Of a DNA stretch of 64,000 nucleotides, positions 62,520 through 64,000 are shown piece by piece. Source of the DNA: a bacterium (GTDB taxonomy: Bacteria; UBA8248); contig OZ253442.1 in NCBI GenBank assembly GCA_965261085.1, positions 3,872,001 to 3,936,000 of the forward strand, written 5' to 3'. The translations under genes were made by a program, and so were the position numbers. Positions within the stretch are counted from its first letter, which is position 1. Each line of letters starts with the position of its first letter. Under the pieces are notes generated by a model. It saw only the letters and a list, made by a program, of their open reading frames with translations, ran no database searches and was not told the DNA's origin.

Positions 62520-62717
62520 TCACTCCGAATCATGAGAAAGCCGCCCCGAAAAATCATGCTCTTTCGAGACCAGAGCGTTCTTTGCCCTCATCTCGGGGCC
62601 TTTCATTTCGTCTTCGGCTGAATCCCGAGATGGGGCAGCCAAATATCTGTAATTATTTCAATTACTTGCAAGGTTTCGCGACTTCAAGAACCATACGCTC
62701 CAAACAACGAAGCGGCG

Positions 62718-62745
62718 ATTATAGCCCGCTACGCGTTCTTGTCAA
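62718..62745 (-). promoter_or_regulatory. Consensus sigma70 promoter of the str operon
   Basis: TTGACA-16 nt-TATAAT on the minus strand. Confidence 0.8.
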
Positions 62746-62781
62746 CCTCGGACGCTCAAAAAAATGCATATTTTCAAGGGG

Positions 62782-64000
62782 TTATTCCGAGGGAACCCCC
62801 TCTTCCGTCGCAGGGGCCGTTTCCTCTTCCTCATTCACGATCGCGGGAATATCATCACCGATGGGCGCCAATTCGACCTCGGGGGAGAGAAGCTCCACCT
62901 CCTGGTACCGGCGCGCGCCGGTGCCGGCCGGAATGAGTCTGCCCATGATGACGTTCTCCTTGAGACCCCGCAGGAAATCCACCTTGCCGGATACCGCGGC
63001 CTGCGTGAGAACGCGGGTGGTCTCCTGGAAGGAAGCCGCCGAGATGAAGCTGTCCGTGGACAGAGAGGCGCGGGTGATGCCGAGAAGAATGGGTCGGCCC
63101 GTAGCCGGTGTTTTCCCCTCTTCCTCCGCCTCCTGATTGCGCCGCTGGAACAGATCGCGCGTTACCTGCTCGCCGATGACGAGGTCGGTCTCTCCCGGAT
63201 CAACGACTTCGAGTCTTCTGAGCATCTGCCGTACGATGATCTCGATGTGCTTGTCGTTGATGTTCACGCCCTGGAGGCGATACACCTCCTGCACCTCGTT
63301 AACGAGGTAGTTCTGCAATTCATTCTCGCCGAGAACCGCCAGGATATCATGCGGGTTCACGGCGCCGTCCATGAGCGGTTCGCCCGCCCTGACGTAATCC
63401 CCCTCCTGCACGTTCACGTGCTTGCCTCGGGGGATGAGGTATTCGCGCTCATCGCCTTCTTCGGAAACAACCATGAGGCGGCGCATGCCCCGTAGCGTGC
63501 CGGCGAACTTCACGTGTCCGTTAATCTCGGAGATAACAGCGTTCTCCTTGGGCTTGCGCGCTTCGAACAACTCGGCCACGCGCGGCAGACCGCCCGTGAT
63601 GTCCTTGGTCTTGGACGTCTCGCGCGTGATCTTGAATATGATGTCGCCGGCAAAGATCGCCTCCCCCTCCTGGACGCTGATGTGCGCGCCGGCAGGCAGG
63701 GGATATACGGAGACTTGCTCGCCCGCGGCATCGAGCAAAGCCACGCGCGGCTGGAGTTTTTCATCGGCGTGATCGAGTATCACCCGACGAGAGAGACCCG
63801 TGATCTCATCTATCTCCTCCTGCATGGTGAGACCTTCGATGACGTCGAGCAGCGTGATGGCCCCCTCATTTTCCGCCAGGATCGAAAACGTGTAAGGATC
63901 CCACTCGAGGAGAATCTCTCCCTCGCTCACCCTGGAATTCTCTCGCAAGCGAACGTAGGCGCCGTAGACCACGGGGTAGCGCTCGCGCTCACGGCCCGTG
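62782..64000 (-). CDS. rpoC: RNA polymerase beta' subunit, C-terminal part (starts beyond the right edge)
   Basis: DITGGLPRVAELFEAR, SFISAASFQETT, GLKENVIMGRLIPAGTG. Confidence 0.98.
   Translation of the reverse strand, partial: TGRERERYPVVYGAYVRLRENSRVSEGEILLEWDPYTFSILAENEGAITLLDVIEGLTMQEEIDEITGLSRRVILDHADEKLQPRVALLDAAGEQVSVYPLPAGAHISVQEGEAIFAGDIIFKITRETSKTKDITGGLPRVAELFEARKPKENAVISEINGHVKFAGTLRGMRRLMVVSEEGDEREYLIPRGKHVNVQEGDYVRAGEPLMDGAVNPHDILAVLGENELQNYLVNEVQEVYRLQGVNINDKHIEIIVRQMLRRLEVVDPGETDLVIGEQVTRDLFQRRNQEAEEEGKTPATGRPILLGITRASLSTDSFISAASFQETTRVLTQAAVSGKVDFLRGLKENVIMGRLIPAGTGARRYQEVELLSPEVELAPIGDDIPAIVNEEEETAPATEEGVPSE

Overview
Bacterial chromosomal window in four parts. (1) 1-14.4 kb: minus-strand housekeeping block (partial ftsY, smc, rnc, fabF-acpP-fabD-fabH-plsX-rpmF-yceD, Ppx/GppA, gamma-carbonic-anhydrase-like, M23 peptidase). 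(2) 14.5-22.4 kb: plus-strand cluster of intact phage tail-like genes with no capsid, terminase, portal or integrase in the window. Its two transcription units carry the same tandem 10-bp repeat (CGCATTTGCC-like) 47-48 nt before a -10 box and 148-150 nt before the start codon, and an expanded array of that repeat closes the region. This is the best candidate for an undescribed domesticated particle system (GTA- or tailocin-like); protein assignments are by motif recognition only. (3) 22.4-42.7 kb: metabolic genes including a four-subunit Na+-translocating acyl-CoA decarboxylase, an intact IS1182-family element, and three ~190-bp MITEs that share its terminal repeats and 5-bp target duplication, one of them with a flipped internal loop. 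(4) 42.7-64 kb: alpha, spc, S10 and str ribosomal operons and the 3' end of rpoC. I recognised no tRNA, rRNA or CRISPR array. Coordinates not taken from the ORF track were counted by hand and may be off by a few bases.
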